A stretch of 64,000 nucleotides of DNA from an uncultured Devosiaceae bacterium (lineage in GTDB: Bacteria > Pseudomonadota > Alphaproteobacteria > Rhizobiales > Devosiaceae): the NCBI GenBank assembly GCA_964574935.1, contig CAZNOZ010000001.1, positions 1,227-65,226 on the forward strand, given 5' to 3'. Under the pieces are notes generated by a model that worked only from the letters and a program-made list of their open reading frames with translations, was not told where the DNA came from and did no database searches. The position numbers and the translations under genes are program-made. Below are positions 18,069 to 28,413 of the stretch, one piece after another; position 1 is the stretch's first letter, and each line of letters starts with the position of its first letter.

Positions 18069-18841
18069 GCGATTTCACCCCCGACGAGATGATGACAATT
18101 GCCGCCGCGCGGGCGCTCAAGACCGACGATGTCGTCTTCGTGGGCATCGGGGCGCCGTCGGCGGCCTGCAATGTGGCGCGCCTCACCCATGCCCCCGACA
18201 TCACGCTGATCTACGAGAGCGGTACGATCGGGACGGCGCCGTCGGTGCTGCCCCTGAGTATCGGCGACGGCGAGCTGTGTGAAACCGCCGTGACCACGGT
18301 GGCGGTGCCGGAGATGTTCCGCTACTGGCTGATGGGCGGCCGGATCACGGTCGGCTTCCTGGGGGCCGCTCAGCTCGACCGGTTCGGCAACATCAACACG
18401 ACCGTCATCGGCGAGTACGCACACCCCAAGGTGCGCCTGCCGGGCGGTGGCGGGGCGCCCGAAATCGCCGCGTCATGCGGTGAGGTCTTCATCACCATGA
18501 AGCAGTCGACGCGCGGGATGGTCGAGAAGATCGATTTCATGACCTCCTTCGGCCACGGCGCGGGGGGCGACGCGCGGCGGAAACTCGGCCTGACGACCGC
18601 CGGGCCGACGCTGCTGATCACGGATCTGGCGATCTGGAAACCGGACCCGGAAACCAAGGAATTCACGGTCACCAGCCTGCATCCGGGCGTCACGCGGGGC
18701 GAGGTCGAGGCGGCTTGTGCCTGGCCGGCGCAATTCGCCTCCGAGCTGGACGAAACGCCGCCGCCGACGGCACTCGAGATCGACACCCTGCGCGACCTGC
18801 AGGCGCGGTCGAAAGCGGCGCACGAGGGAAGGGCGGCCTGA
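18065..18841 (+). CDS. pcaJ: 3-oxoadipate:succinyl-CoA transferase subunit B
   Basis: The GTG start overlaps the pcaI stop (GTGA). [39 protein letters not shown] and IYESGTIG contain the catalytic Glu region of the CoA-transferase beta subunit. Confidence 0.82.
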   Translation: MSDFTPDEMMTIAAARALKTDDVVFVGIGAPSAACNVARLTHAPDITLIYESGTIGTAPSVLPLSIGDGELCETAVTTVAVPEMFRYWLMGGRITVGFLGAAQLDRFGNINTTVIGEYAHPKVRLPGGGGAPEIAASCGEVFITMKQSTRGMVEKIDFMTSFGHGAGGDARRKLGLTTAGPTLLITDLAIWKPDPETKEFTVTSLHPGVTRGEVEAACAWPAQFASELDETPPPTALEIDTLRDLQARSKAAHEGRAA

Positions 18842-18842
18842 G

Positions 18843-20051
18843 ATGGCCGAAGCCTACATCTGCGACTACATCCGCACACCGATCGGGCGCTACGGCGGCG
18901 CGCTGGCGCCGGTTCGCACCGACGATCTGGCGACGGTCCCGATCAAGGCGCTGATGGCGCGGCATCCCGGGCTCGACTGGGCGGGTGTCGACGAGGTGAT
19001 CCTGGGTTGTGCCAACCAGGCCGGCGAGGACAATCGAAACGTCGCCCGCATGGCGCTTCTGCTGGCCGGGCTGCCGGCAGAGGTGCCGGGCATCACCCTC
19101 AACCGCCTCTGCGCCTCCGGAATGGACGCGGTGATCGCGGCCGCCCGGGGGATCCGCGCCGGAGAGATCGAGCTGGCGATCGCCGGCGGCGTCGAATCGA
19201 TGTCGCGCGCGCCGTTTGTCAGCCCCAAGGCCGAGACGGCGTTTGCCCGCCAGGCCGAAGTCTACGACACCACGATCGGCTGGCGGTTCGTCAATCCGGT
19301 TCTGAAAGCCCAGTACGGCATCGATTCGATGCCCGAGACCGGCGAAAACGTCGCCGAGGAATTCGGCATCGGCCGCGCCGACCAGGATGCATTTGCCCTC
19401 AGGTCGCAGCAGCGGGCCGCCGTCGCGCAAGAAAGCGGCCGCATGGGTGCCGAGATCATACCGGTGAGCGTGCCGCAGCGCCGGGGCGATCCGATCACGG
19501 TGGACCTCGACGAACATCCGCGCGCCGACACGAGCCTCGAAAAGCTGGCCGCGCTGCCGACCCCGTTCCGCGAAGGTGGGTCCGTCACCGCGGGCAATGC
19601 GTCCGGCGTCAACGATGGCGCGGCGGCGCTGATCGTGGCCTCGGAGGCGGCCATGCAAGCGCACGCGCTCAGCCCCCTGGCGCGCGTCGTCGGCGCCGCC
19701 AGCGCCGGCGTGCCGCCCCGGATCATGGGGCTGGGACCGCTCCCCGCGACCAAGAAGCTGTGCGCCCGGCTCGGACTGACGCCCGCCGACTTCGACATCG
19801 TCGAGCTCAACGAGGCCTTCGCCTCCCAGGCGATCGCGGTGCTCAGGGAGCTCGGTCTTCCCGAGGCCGCCGAGCATGTCAATCCGAACGGCGGGGCCAT
19901 CGCGCTCGGCCATCCGCTGGGCATGTCGGGGGCGCGGATTGCCGGCACCGCGGCCTTTGAACTCAACGCAAAGGGCGCGCGGCGGGCCCTGGCGACGATG
20001 TGCGTCGGGGTGGGGCAGGGCGTCGCGATCGCTCTGGAGGCGGCGCGATGA
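18843..20051 (+). CDS. pcaF: 3-oxoadipyl-CoA thiolase
   Basis: [41 protein letters not shown] (active-site Cys), [27 protein letters not shown]. Length 402 aa. Confidence 0.92.
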   Translation: MAEAYICDYIRTPIGRYGGALAPVRTDDLATVPIKALMARHPGLDWAGVDEVILGCANQAGEDNRNVARMALLLAGLPAEVPGITLNRLCASGMDAVIAAARGIRAGEIELAIAGGVESMSRAPFVSPKAETAFARQAEVYDTTIGWRFVNPVLKAQYGIDSMPETGENVAEEFGIGRADQDAFALRSQQRAAVAQESGRMGAEIIPVSVPQRRGDPITVDLDEHPRADTSLEKLAALPTPFREGGSVTAGNASGVNDGAAALIVASEAAMQAHALSPLARVVGAASAGVPPRIMGLGPLPATKKLCARLGLTPADFDIVELNEAFASQAIAVLRELGLPEAAEHVNPNGGAIALGHPLGMSGARIAGTAAFELNAKGARRALATMCVGVGQGVAIALEAAR

Positions 20052-21115
20052 CCGTCTCGGCGTTCGACCATCCGTGGCTTGGAGCGCTGCTCGGCGATGC
20101 GGAAGGCGCGGCGGTCTTTTCGGCCGACAGAGAACTCAAGGCCATGCTCGCTGTCGAGGCGGCCCTGGCCGCGGCCGAAGCCGAGATCGGCCTTATCCCC
20201 GCGACGGCGGGCGCGGCCATCGAGGCGGCATGCGCGCGCTTTTCGCCCGACAGGGCTGCACTGGCGGCCGCAACGGCCCGCGACGGTGTGGTTGTCCCGG
20301 AACTGGTGCGCCAGTTGCGCGCCGCCGTCGCCAGCCCGCACGGCGAGCAGGTGCATTTCGGCGCCACCTCCCAGGACATCGTCGATACCGCCCTGGTGAC
20401 GCGCGTGAAGGAATTGGTGCCGGTCTACGCGACACGGCTGACCGCCGTGCAAAACGCGCTGGGCGCCCTGCGCGCCCAACAGGGCGACACGACGATCCAG
20501 GCCGTCACCCGCATGCAGCCGGCCCGTCCGATGAAGGCGGCGACACGAATTGCGGCCTGGCAGGCCCCGGTGGCACGCGCCGATGAGACGCTCCGCGCCC
20601 AGGCCGAACGGAGCCTGGTTCTGCAACTTGGCGGGCCGACCGGCGACCGGTCGAGCTTCGGCGGCAAGGGCGACGAACTCGCGGCCAATCTGGCGGCCCG
20701 CCTCTCCCTTGCCGATCCCGGCGCGGCCTGGCACGCCGAACGCAGCCGGCTGGTCGAATTCGGCGACTGGGCGGCGCGGCTCACCGGCGGGCTGGGCAAG
20801 ATGGGGGCGGATATCGCCCTGATGGCGCTGACGGGAGCCGTCCGGCTGAAGGCCGGGGGAGGCTCTTCCTCGATGCCGCACAAGAACAACCCCGTCGCCG
20901 CCGAAACCCTGGTGGCGCTCGGCCGCTTTGCCGCCACCCAGGTCGCGGGACTGCATCAGGCCATGGTGCACCACACCGAGCGCTCCGGCGCGGCCTGGAC
21001 GCTCGAATGGATGGTGCTGCCGCCGTTGCTGGTGGCGAGCCTTGCAGCGCTCCGCCACGCCGAATCCGTGGCGGCGGACATCGAATTCGTGCCGATGGAG
21101 GAAACCCATGGCTGA
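20048..21115 (+). CDS. pcaB: 3-carboxy-cis,cis-muconate cycloisomerase (short, ~355-aa type)
   Basis: The ATG overlaps the pcaF stop (ATGA). [15 protein letters not shown] and [13 protein letters not shown] are fumarase/aspartase-superfamily signatures. Confidence 0.88.
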   Translation: MTVSAFDHPWLGALLGDAEGAAVFSADRELKAMLAVEAALAAAEAEIGLIPATAGAAIEAACARFSPDRAALAAATARDGVVVPELVRQLRAAVASPHGEQVHFGATSQDIVDTALVTRVKELVPVYATRLTAVQNALGALRAQQGDTTIQAVTRMQPARPMKAATRIAAWQAPVARADETLRAQAERSLVLQLGGPTGDRSSFGGKGDELAANLAARLSLADPGAAWHAERSRLVEFGDWAARLTGGLGKMGADIALMALTGAVRLKAGGGSSSMPHKNNPVAAETLVALGRFAATQVAGLHQAMVHHTERSGAAWTLEWMVLPPLLVASLAALRHAESVAADIEFVPMEETHG

Positions 21116-22292
21116 CCACAAGACCGACGTTGTCATCATCGGCGCGGGCCCCTCGGGGCTGTTGCTCGCGCACCTTCTCGACCTCAGCGGCGTCCGTTCG
21201 ATCATCGTCGAGCGCCAGAGCGAGGAACACGTGAGGGGACGCATTCGCGCCGGCGTCATCGAAGCCGAATCGGTTCAAACGCTGATCGATGCCGGGGTGG
21301 GGGAACGGCTGCAGCGCGAAGGGCTGGCCCACGATGGATTCGACATCGTCTTCGGCGACCGCCACCACCGCATCGATCTCAAGGGCCTCACCGGCAAACA
21401 GGTGACCATCTACGGCCAGACCGAGATCACCCACGATCTGATCGAAGCCAGCAACACCGCCGGCCGCACCATCGTCTGGGAGGCCGACAACGCCACCCTC
21501 CACGACATGGCGTCCGACTCGCCGTCTGTCACGTTCGAAAAGGAAGGCGAGTCGCACCGGGTTTCGGCCCGCCTCATCGCCGGCTGCGATGGCTATCACG
21601 GCGTCTGCCGCCACACGATCCCCTCCGACATGCTGAAGTCGTACGAGCGGGTCTATCCATTCGGCTGGCTGGGCATCATGGCGGAGGTCAAGCCCGCCTC
21701 CGACGAACTCATCTACGCCAGCCACGAGCGCGGTTTTGCGCTGTGCTCGATGCGCACGCCTACGCGTTCGCGCTACTATGTGCAGGTCTCGACCGAGGAT
21801 CACATCGACAACTGGCCCGACGAGAAATTCTGGGAGGAGTTCTCGATCCGGATCGGGCCGGAAGCCTCAAAAACCCTGACCACCGGGCCCTCGTTCGAGA
21901 AGTCGATCGCACCCTTGCGCTCCTTCGTCGCCGAGCCGATGAGCTACGGGTCGCTGTTGCTGGCCGGCGACGCCGCCCACATCGTGCCGCCGACCGGCGC
22001 CAAGGGGCTCAACCTCGCCCTCGCCGACGTGCAAATCCTGCACCGGGCAATCGAGCGCTTCTTCAAGAGCAACGACACCGAGGGCATCGAACACTATTCG
22101 GAAGTCTGCCTGAGGCGGGTTTGGAAGGCGGAGCGATTCTCCTGGTGGATGACGATGCTCTTGCACGTGTTTCCCGATCACTCACCCTTCGAGCGCAAGC
22201 TTCAGATCGCCGAATTCGACTATCTGGCGAGCTCGGAAGTCGCCTCGCGCTCGCTGGCCGAGAACTATGTCGGGTTGCCGGTGATCGCCTGA
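21108..22292 (+). CDS. pobA: 4-hydroxybenzoate 3-monooxygenase
   Basis: [24 protein letters not shown] (FAD GxGxxG), LLAGDAAHIVPPTGAKGLNLALADV. Length 394 aa. The gene overlaps the pcaB stop by 8 nt. Confidence 0.92.
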   Translation: MADHKTDVVIIGAGPSGLLLAHLLDLSGVRSIIVERQSEEHVRGRIRAGVIEAESVQTLIDAGVGERLQREGLAHDGFDIVFGDRHHRIDLKGLTGKQVTIYGQTEITHDLIEASNTAGRTIVWEADNATLHDMASDSPSVTFEKEGESHRVSARLIAGCDGYHGVCRHTIPSDMLKSYERVYPFGWLGIMAEVKPASDELIYASHERGFALCSMRTPTRSRYYVQVSTEDHIDNWPDEKFWEEFSIRIGPEASKTLTTGPSFEKSIAPLRSFVAEPMSYGSLLLAGDAAHIVPPTGAKGLNLALADVQILHRAIERFFKSNDTEGIEHYSEVCLRRVWKAERFSWWMTMLLHVFPDHSPFERKLQIAEFDYLASSEVASRSLAENYVGLPVIA

Positions 22293-23822
22293 CTACATGA
22301 CCGCGGCGACCTGCCACGGCACGAATTCGCTGTCTCCGTAGCCCAGCGCCTCGGACTTGGTGTGCTCACCGGAGGCGACGCGGAGGATGGTCTTGAAGAT
22401 CTCCTGACCCTTGTCCTGCAGGCTGACGCCGTCGAGCACGTCGCCGCAGTTGATGTCCATGTCCTCTTGCATGCGGGTGTAGAGATCGGTTGTGGTGGCG
22501 AGCTTGATCGACGGCACCGGCTTGTTGCCGTAGGCCGATCCGCGGCCGGTCGTGAAACAGAGCATGTTGGCGCCGCCGGCGACCTGCCCGGTCGCCGAAA
22601 CCGGGTCGTAGCCCGGGGTATCCATGAACACGAAGCCGCGTGAGGCGACCGGCTCGGCGTATTCGTAGACCTCGGCCATCGGCGCGTGACCACCCTTGGC
22701 GACCGCGCCGAGGGATTTCTCCAGAATCGTCGTCAGTCCGCCGAGCTTGTTGCCCGGGGTGGGGTTGTTGTTCATGTTGCCGCCGAACTTGCCGGTGTAC
22801 TCGTCCCACCATTTGAGCCGCGTGCGCAATTTGTCGGCGACCTCGTCGCTGACCGCGCGCGTCAGCAGCAAATGCTCGGCGCCATAGATTTCGGGGGTTT
22901 CGGCAAGGATCGATGTGCCCCCGTGACGCACGAGCAGGTCGGAGGCGACCCCGAGCGCCGGGTTCGCGGTGATCCCCGAATGACCGTCCGAGCCGCCGCA
23001 TTGCAGCGCCAGCACCAGCTCCGAGGCCGGGATCGTCTGGCGCTCAAAGGCGTTGACCGCCGGCAGCATCTCGGCAATCCGTTTGAGCCCTTCGGCGACC
23101 GCCGCGCGGGTGCCCCCGGTGTCCTGAATGGTGTGCGTGTTGAAGGTCGGCCCTTCCTCGATCGCGTGCTCCTTCTTGAAGCGGCCGATCTGGAAGACCT
23201 CGCAGCCCAGCCCCACGACCATCACGCCGCCGAGATTGGGATTGGCGGCATAGCCCCACTGGGTGCGGTTGAGAACGTCGTAGCCTTCGCCCTGGTCCGC
23301 CATGCCGCAGCCGGTGCCGTGCACGAACGCCACCACGCCGTCGACATTGGGATAGTCGTCCAGCATCCCGGACTGCTCGGCCTCCCGGGCGATGAACCGC
23401 GCCACCGACGCCGAGCAGTTCACGCTTGTCAGAATCCCCACATAGTTGCGCGTGCCCGTGCGCCCCGACGGGCGCTTGTATCCTTCGAAAGTGGCCCGCT
23501 CGCTCTCCGGCAGGGGCGCAAAGCTCTCCATGTCCGGTTCCCGGACGACCTGGTGCTCGGACGGTGTCATGGCGGTGTTGTGCTCGTGCACCCAGCTTCC
23601 GCGCCCGATCGCATCCCTGGCGAGCCCGATCACCTGGCCGAATTTCACGATCGGCTCGCCCGCCGCGATGTCCCGTGCCGCCACCTTGTGGCCGCGCGGA
23701 ATGCGGTCGACGCTGACCACGCCTTCCGCCAGCGTCACCCCGTCGCCAACCCGATCGATGCACACCAGAACGTTGTCCGACTTGTGCAGTCGCAGCGTGC
23801 GCGGAGTGGCGGTGTCGGGCAT
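22293..23822 (-). CDS. UxaA-family sugar-acid dehydratase (altronate/galactarate dehydratase-like)
   Basis: N-terminal SAF domain (LRLHKSDNVLVCIDRV ... IPRGHKVAARDIAAGEPIVKFGQVIG), followed by GTRNYVGILTSVNCS, VVAFVHGTGCG and VVGLGCE blocks typical of UxaA/GarD. Length 509 aa. Confidence 0.82.
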   Translation of the reverse strand: MPDTATPRTLRLHKSDNVLVCIDRVGDGVTLAEGVVSVDRIPRGHKVAARDIAAGEPIVKFGQVIGLARDAIGRGSWVHEHNTAMTPSEHQVVREPDMESFAPLPESERATFEGYKRPSGRTGTRNYVGILTSVNCSASVARFIAREAEQSGMLDDYPNVDGVVAFVHGTGCGMADQGEGYDVLNRTQWGYAANPNLGGVMVVGLGCEVFQIGRFKKEHAIEEGPTFNTHTIQDTGGTRAAVAEGLKRIAEMLPAVNAFERQTIPASELVLALQCGGSDGHSGITANPALGVASDLLVRHGGTSILAETPEIYGAEHLLLTRAVSDEVADKLRTRLKWWDEYTGKFGGNMNNNPTPGNKLGGLTTILEKSLGAVAKGGHAPMAEVYEYAEPVASRGFVFMDTPGYDPVSATGQVAGGANMLCFTTGRGSAYGNKPVPSIKLATTTDLYTRMQEDMDINCGDVLDGVSLQDKGQEIFKTILRVASGEHTKSEALGYGDSEFVPWQVAAVM

Positions 23823-24039
23823 TTTGGCGACCTCGAGGTTTCAGGCGGCGTGCCGAGCCGGAGCGGTTGTAGTCCCGAGCGGCCGGCTGCGGCAAGGGCA
23901 AGCACGCGCGGCACGGGCCTCTCGGGCGCCCCCGAACCGGCCGGACGTTCCGCAATCGATCCCCGCAACCGACTGGTCGGGCGGCGATCGGGCCACTATG
24001 TTCAGATCAGCGGCTTTGCGGCGGCGAGGAGGAACACGG

Positions 24040-24681
24040 ATGAGGATTGGCGTATTGGGCACCGGCATCGTCGGGCGGACGCTGGCGACCAAGCTGGCCG
24101 CACTTGGCCACGATGTCATGATGGGGGCGCGCAAGAAGGACAACGAGACGGCCCTCGGCTGGGCGGAGGAGACAGGCGGCAAGGCGGGTGACTTTGCGGA
24201 CGCCGCCGCGCATGGCGAGTTGGTCATCAACTGCACAAAGGGCTCGGTTTCGGTCGAGGCGCTGCGCCAGGCCGGTGCCGGCAACCTGGCCGGCAAGGTG
24301 CTGATGGACGTCTCCAATCCGTTGGTGTTCACCGAAGGCGAGCTGTCCCTGTCGATCGTCAACACCGATTCCCTGGCGGAGAGCATTCAGCGGCGGTTCC
24401 ACTCCGCGAAGGTCGTCAAGACCCTCAACGGCATGAACTGTGCGGTGATGGTCGAGCCCGGCCGCGCGCCGGGCACGCATTCGGTGTTCTTGTGCGGCAA
24501 TGACCGCGATGCCAAGGCCGATGTCCGGGCGCTTCTGGAATCGTTCGGCTGGCAGGACATCATCGATCTGGGGGATCTGACCGCGGCGCGCGGAATGGAA
24601 ATGATCCTGCCCCTGTGGCTCAAGCTCACCAATTCGTTGGGCACGTCGGACTTCAACTTCGCGGTGATGCGCGAAGACTAG
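24040..24681 (+). CDS. NAD(P)-binding oxidoreductase of the F420-dependent NADP reductase (NPD/F420_oxidored) fold
   Basis: GGAGGA lies upstream of ATG 24040. MRIGVLGTGIVGRTLATKLAALGHDVMMGAR is a Rossmann motif. Length 213 aa. The preceding ~198 codons of ORF 23446..24681 are antisense shadow of the uxaA-like gene. Confidence 0.7.
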   Translation: MRIGVLGTGIVGRTLATKLAALGHDVMMGARKKDNETALGWAEETGGKAGDFADAAAHGELVINCTKGSVSVEALRQAGAGNLAGKVLMDVSNPLVFTEGELSLSIVNTDSLAESIQRRFHSAKVVKTLNGMNCAVMVEPGRAPGTHSVFLCGNDRDAKADVRALLESFGWQDIIDLGDLTAARGMEMILPLWLKLTNSLGTSDFNFAVMRED

Positions 24682-24745
24682 GCCCGGGCGGCCCCGCTCT
24701 CGTCGCCCTTGCATTGCACCCGGCGGCCGTGCGATCAGGCGCGCC

Positions 24746-25756
24746 ATGCAGGAGCCGACCGCCATTGCAAGCGCCCGCCGGTTTGCGGTGGCGCCGATGA
24801 TGAACGTCACCGACCGTCACTGCCGGTATTTCTTCCGGCTGCTGACGCGGCGCGCCCTGTTGTTCACCGAGATGATCGTCAGCACCGCACTGGTGCGCGG
24901 CCGGGCGACCCACCTGCTTGAGTTCGACGCGATCGAGCACCCTGTCGCCGCCCAGCTCGGCGGCGCCGAGCCGGACGAACTGGCCGCCGCCGCTTCGCTG
25001 TGCGAGCGCTACGGATATGACGAGGTCAACCTCAATGTCGGCTGCCCCTCCGATCGGGTGCATTCAGGGCGCTTCGGGGCGTGCCTGATGGCCGAGCCGG
25101 AAGCCGTGGCGGCGTCGGTCGCCGCGATGAAGGCGGCGACGGCGCTGCCGGTGACGGTCAAGTGTCGCATCGGCATCGATGATCAGGACACCGACCGCGA
25201 TCTCGACGCGTTCGCCGACCGGCTCGTCGCCGCCGGCATCGACGCGCTCTATGTGCACGCCCGCAAGGCCTGGCTGCAGGGCCTGTCGCCGGCCGAAAAC
25301 CGCCATGTGCCGCCGCTCGATCCTGAGCGCGTGTACCGGCTTCGGGAGCGCCTCGCGCCGCTGCCGGTGATCGTCAATGGCGGCGTCGAGACGCTGGCGG
25401 ACGCCGAGACCCATCTCGGGCACGTCGATGGGGTGATGGTGGGGCGTGCCGCCTACCACCGCCCGGCGATGCTGGCCCGGGTCGACCGCGACATCTTCGG
25501 CGCGCTCACGCCGCCGCCCGCCATGCAGGAGGTGGCTTCGGGCGTGGTCGCTTACGCCGAAAGGCTGGTCAGCGCCGACCTCCCGCTGCGCCGCATCACC
25601 CGGCATCTTCTGGGCCTCGCCCATGGGCGGCCCGGGGCCAGGGAATTCCGGCGCCTCCTCAGCGTTGAGGCGGGCCGCGACGGCGCCGGGCCGGAGCTTG
25701 TCGAGCGCGCGTTTTCGCTGCTCGGTCCAGCCCGGCGGGAACGCGAGGCGGCCTGA
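24746..25756 (+). CDS. dusA: tRNA-dihydrouridine(20/20a) synthase
   Basis: FAVAPMMNVTDRHCRYFFRLLTRRALLFTEMIV, DEVNLNVGCP, VTVKCRIG. Confidence 0.9.
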   Translation: MQEPTAIASARRFAVAPMMNVTDRHCRYFFRLLTRRALLFTEMIVSTALVRGRATHLLEFDAIEHPVAAQLGGAEPDELAAAASLCERYGYDEVNLNVGCPSDRVHSGRFGACLMAEPEAVAASVAAMKAATALPVTVKCRIGIDDQDTDRDLDAFADRLVAAGIDALYVHARKAWLQGLSPAENRHVPPLDPERVYRLRERLAPLPVIVNGGVETLADAETHLGHVDGVMVGRAAYHRPAMLARVDRDIFGALTPPPAMQEVASGVVAYAERLVSADLPLRRITRHLLGLAHGRPGAREFRRLLSVEAGRDGAGPELVERAFSLLGPARREREAA

Positions 25757-25799
25757 AGGCGCCCCCGGCGGGACGCGCACCGGCCCGCAAAGCGGCGTC

Positions 25800-26483
25800 T
25801 CAGCCGTTGAGCTCCAGCCGGTCCCGCGCCACCCCATACGATTGCAGCGTTTCCAGGAAAGTCATTCCGAGAAGCGATTCGTCGAGCGAACCGGGTTCGG
25901 CGACGAACCCCTGAATGCGCCGCCTGACGATGCCGCCCACGGCAATCTCGTCGAGCACCACCAGGGCCGCTTTGCTGGTGCCGTTGGCGGTCTGCACCGG
26001 CACCGTGAAGCGCAGCGACTTGACGTCGATTCCGGCCTCGCTCGCGTCCTCGGCGCTCAACACGACCGCGCTCGCGCCGGTGTCGAAGATGAACCTCACT
26101 TCGGCGCCGTTGATCTCGCCCGCGAGATGGAAAGACCCATCGCGGGAGCGGCGAACCCCGACCGTCGTGCCGTCCACGGACTGCGCAAGGCCGGGCGTCA
26201 GCTCGCCCAGCATCCGCGCCCCGATCTGCTGGAACTCGAAGCGATACGAATAGGCGAGGATCGCCACCGCGAAAACCGCCACCCACATGGCGATCCCCGT
26301 CAGCATCTGTCTGAACGGGACGCGCCGGCCGAACACGCCGCCGGCGACCACCACCAGCACCATCAGCAGAAACACGAGCTGGCCGAACTGCGTCTGATCG
26401 AGCCCGACCAGGGTGCCGGCATCGCTCGCGATCAGCAGCGCCAGCAACCCGGCGATGATGATCGCCAGCCCGATGAAAACCAT
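25800..26483 (-). CDS. Membrane-anchored retropepsin-like (clan AA) aspartic protease, TIGR02281-like
   Basis: Three N-terminal hydrophobic helices, then HLAGEINGAEVRFIFDTGASAVVLS with the DTGA active-site signature. Length 227 aa. The gene starts 14 nt after the cobS stop. Confidence 0.75.
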   Translation of the reverse strand: MVFIGLAIIIAGLLALLIASDAGTLVGLDQTQFGQLVFLLMVLVVVAGGVFGRRVPFRQMLTGIAMWVAVFAVAILAYSYRFEFQQIGARMLGELTPGLAQSVDGTTVGVRRSRDGSFHLAGEINGAEVRFIFDTGASAVVLSAEDASEAGIDVKSLRFTVPVQTANGTSKAALVVLDEIAVGGIVRRRIQGFVAEPGSLDESLLGMTFLETLQSYGVARDRLELNG

Positions 26484-26496
26484 GGGCGGCCCCTTC

Positions 26497-27297
26497 CTAG
26501 CTCACCCAGAGCATAAAGAGGCCCAGCGCGGCGATTTCAAGAATGAGCTGTCCCGCCCCGATCAGATCGCCGGTGTAGCCGCCCACCAGAACGTGGCAGA
26601 CGGCCCGCCAGCCCAGAATCGCGGCGCCCATGATCGCCAGGCCCAGGAGCGCGCCGACCAGGCCGGCAAGCGGCGCGACGGCGCCGCCGCCGAGGATCGC
26701 CGCGATCGCCGCCCCGGTGGCGAACCGGGTCAGTGTGACGCCGCCGGCGCTCGCTGCCGCGCCGTCGGGCCGCGCCGCGCTCATCGTCGCCGGCAGCCAC
26801 AGCGCCAACGACCGGGCGGCGATGCCGATTCCCAGCCAGGCCAATGCGCCGCTGACGGGATGGGTGAAAGCCAAACTCGCCAGCGCCGAAACCCGCATGA
26901 TGAAGCTCAGCACCAGGGCCGAGACGCCATAGGTGCCGTGACGGGGATCTTTCAGAATGTCCAGGCGCCGCTGCCGGTCGGCCCCCCCGAACAACCCGTC
27001 CATGGCGTCGGCCAGCCCGTCCTCGGCCATCGCCCCGGTCGCGATGACCCATGCCGCGACCGCCACCGCCGCCGCGAACAAGGCCGGCACGCCCAGGAGC
27101 ACCAGGGTTGCCAGCATCAGGGCCGGGAGGATGCCGATCGCGATACCGGCAACCGGGACCCAGGGGGCGATGCGGTCGAGGTCCGGCCGGTCCATGCCAC
27201 CGATGGGCAGTCGCGAAAAGAACCGAAGCGCCATTCTCACCGACTCGATCGGATCGGCGGGCGGCGCCGGACGGTGCTCGGAATGGTCCTCGTTCAC
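26497..27297 (-). CDS. cobS: Adenosylcobinamide-GDP ribazoletransferase (cobalamin synthase)
   Basis: ALRFFSRLPIGG and PWVPVAGIAIG in a polytopic membrane protein. The start is either GTG 27297 or ATG 27234 (MALRFFSRLP). Confidence 0.85.
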   Translation of the reverse strand: MNEDHSEHRPAPPADPIESVRMALRFFSRLPIGGMDRPDLDRIAPWVPVAGIAIGILPALMLATLVLLGVPALFAAAVAVAAWVIATGAMAEDGLADAMDGLFGGADRQRRLDILKDPRHGTYGVSALVLSFIMRVSALASLAFTHPVSGALAWLGIGIAARSLALWLPATMSAARPDGAAASAGGVTLTRFATGAAIAAILGGGAVAPLAGLVGALLGLAIMGAAILGWRAVCHVLVGGYTGDLIGAGQLILEIAALGLFMLWVS

Positions 27298-27380
27298 GTG
27301 CGTTTCACCGGCGGTTTGCGATTCGACAGGGCTTGGGGCTAGAAGTGCCGGTCTTTTATCGCCGCGCCGCGGTTCGTGTC

Positions 27381-28409
27381 ATGCCCCATTCCCCGGCTCC
27401 GGACGCTTTCGCCGATTTCGAGCGCCTGCTCGCCGACCTGCCGACCGGCAGTGCCGAAGCGGAAAGCGCGGTCAGATCGCGCGATCTGACCCTCACCAAA
27501 CCGGCCGGCTCGCTCGGTCGGCTCGAGGAGTTGGTGCGGTTCGTCGCCCGCTGGCAGGAAAACCCCGAGCCCGAACTCGTCAATCCCATGGTGGCGATCT
27601 TCGCGGGCAATCACGGCGTCACCCGACAGGGGGTCTCCGCCTATCCGCCGGAGGTGACCGCGCAAATGGTCGCCAACTTCACCGCCGGCGGGGCCGCGAT
27701 CGCGCAAATCTGCAAGCTCCATGAGTTCAATCTGAGAGTGTTCGAACTGGCGCTCGACTTGCCGACCGGCGACATCACCGAAGAGCCGGCGATGGACGAG
27801 CGCACCTGCGCCGCGACCATCGCCTACGGCATGGAGGCGATCGCCGGCAGGCCGGATCTTCTGGCGGTCGGCGAGATGGGCATCGGCAACACCACCGTCG
27901 CTGCCGCGGTGTGTGCGGCGCTGTTCGGCGGGACGGGTGCCGACTGGGTCGGGCGCGGCACCGGCGTCGACGATGCGGGGCTGACCCGCAAGGCCGACGC
28001 CGTCGATCGCGCGCTGACAAGGCACCGAGACGGGCTCGCCTCGCCCTTCGAAGCCCTTGCCGCGGTGGGCGGCCGCGAGCTGGCGGCCATGGCCGGCGCC
28101 ATCATCGCGGCCCGGCACAACAAGGTGCCGGTGATCGTCGACGGGTTTGTGGCCACCGCCGCTTCCGCGGTCCTTTATGCGCTCAATCCCGCCGCCCTCG
28201 ACCATTGCCTGTTCGGGCATGTCTCGGCCGAGAACGCCCACGCCAAGGCGCTCGCCGCCATGGGAAAGACGCCGCTCATGGACCTCGGCATGCGGCTGGG
28301 GGAGGGGACCGGTGCGGCGTTGGCGATGGTGATGGTCAAGACGGCGCTGCACCTGCACGCCAACATGGCGACCTTCGAAGCCGCGGCGGTGGCGACCCGC
28401 GCCGGGTGA
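27381..28409 (+). CDS. cobT: Nicotinate-nucleotide--dimethylbenzimidazole phosphoribosyltransferase
   Basis: LTKPAGSLGRLEELV, FAGNHGV, GEMGIGNTT, LGEGTGAALA. Length 342 aa. Divergent from cobS. Confidence 0.92.
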   Translation: MPHSPAPDAFADFERLLADLPTGSAEAESAVRSRDLTLTKPAGSLGRLEELVRFVARWQENPEPELVNPMVAIFAGNHGVTRQGVSAYPPEVTAQMVANFTAGGAAIAQICKLHEFNLRVFELALDLPTGDITEEPAMDERTCAATIAYGMEAIAGRPDLLAVGEMGIGNTTVAAAVCAALFGGTGADWVGRGTGVDDAGLTRKADAVDRALTRHRDGLASPFEALAAVGGRELAAMAGAIIAARHNKVPVIVDGFVATAASAVLYALNPAALDHCLFGHVSAENAHAKALAAMGKTPLMDLGMRLGEGTGAALAMVMVKTALHLHANMATFEAAAVATRAG

Positions 28410-28413
28410 ACGC

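Noticed and set aside
19262-21259. 665-aa minus-strand ORF, the second longest ORF in the track after the fusion ORF and RND gene
   Set aside because: It runs antisense to pcaF/pcaB/pobA, all of which carry unambiguous family motifs. Its translation is low-complexity and Arg/Ala/Gly/Pro-rich, typical of out-of-frame reading of GC-rich coding DNA. No recognisable motif.
27298-27380. Cobalamin riboswitch between divergent cobS and cobT
   Set aside because: The spacer is only 83 nt and has to hold two promoters. No B12-box-like sequence was seen.
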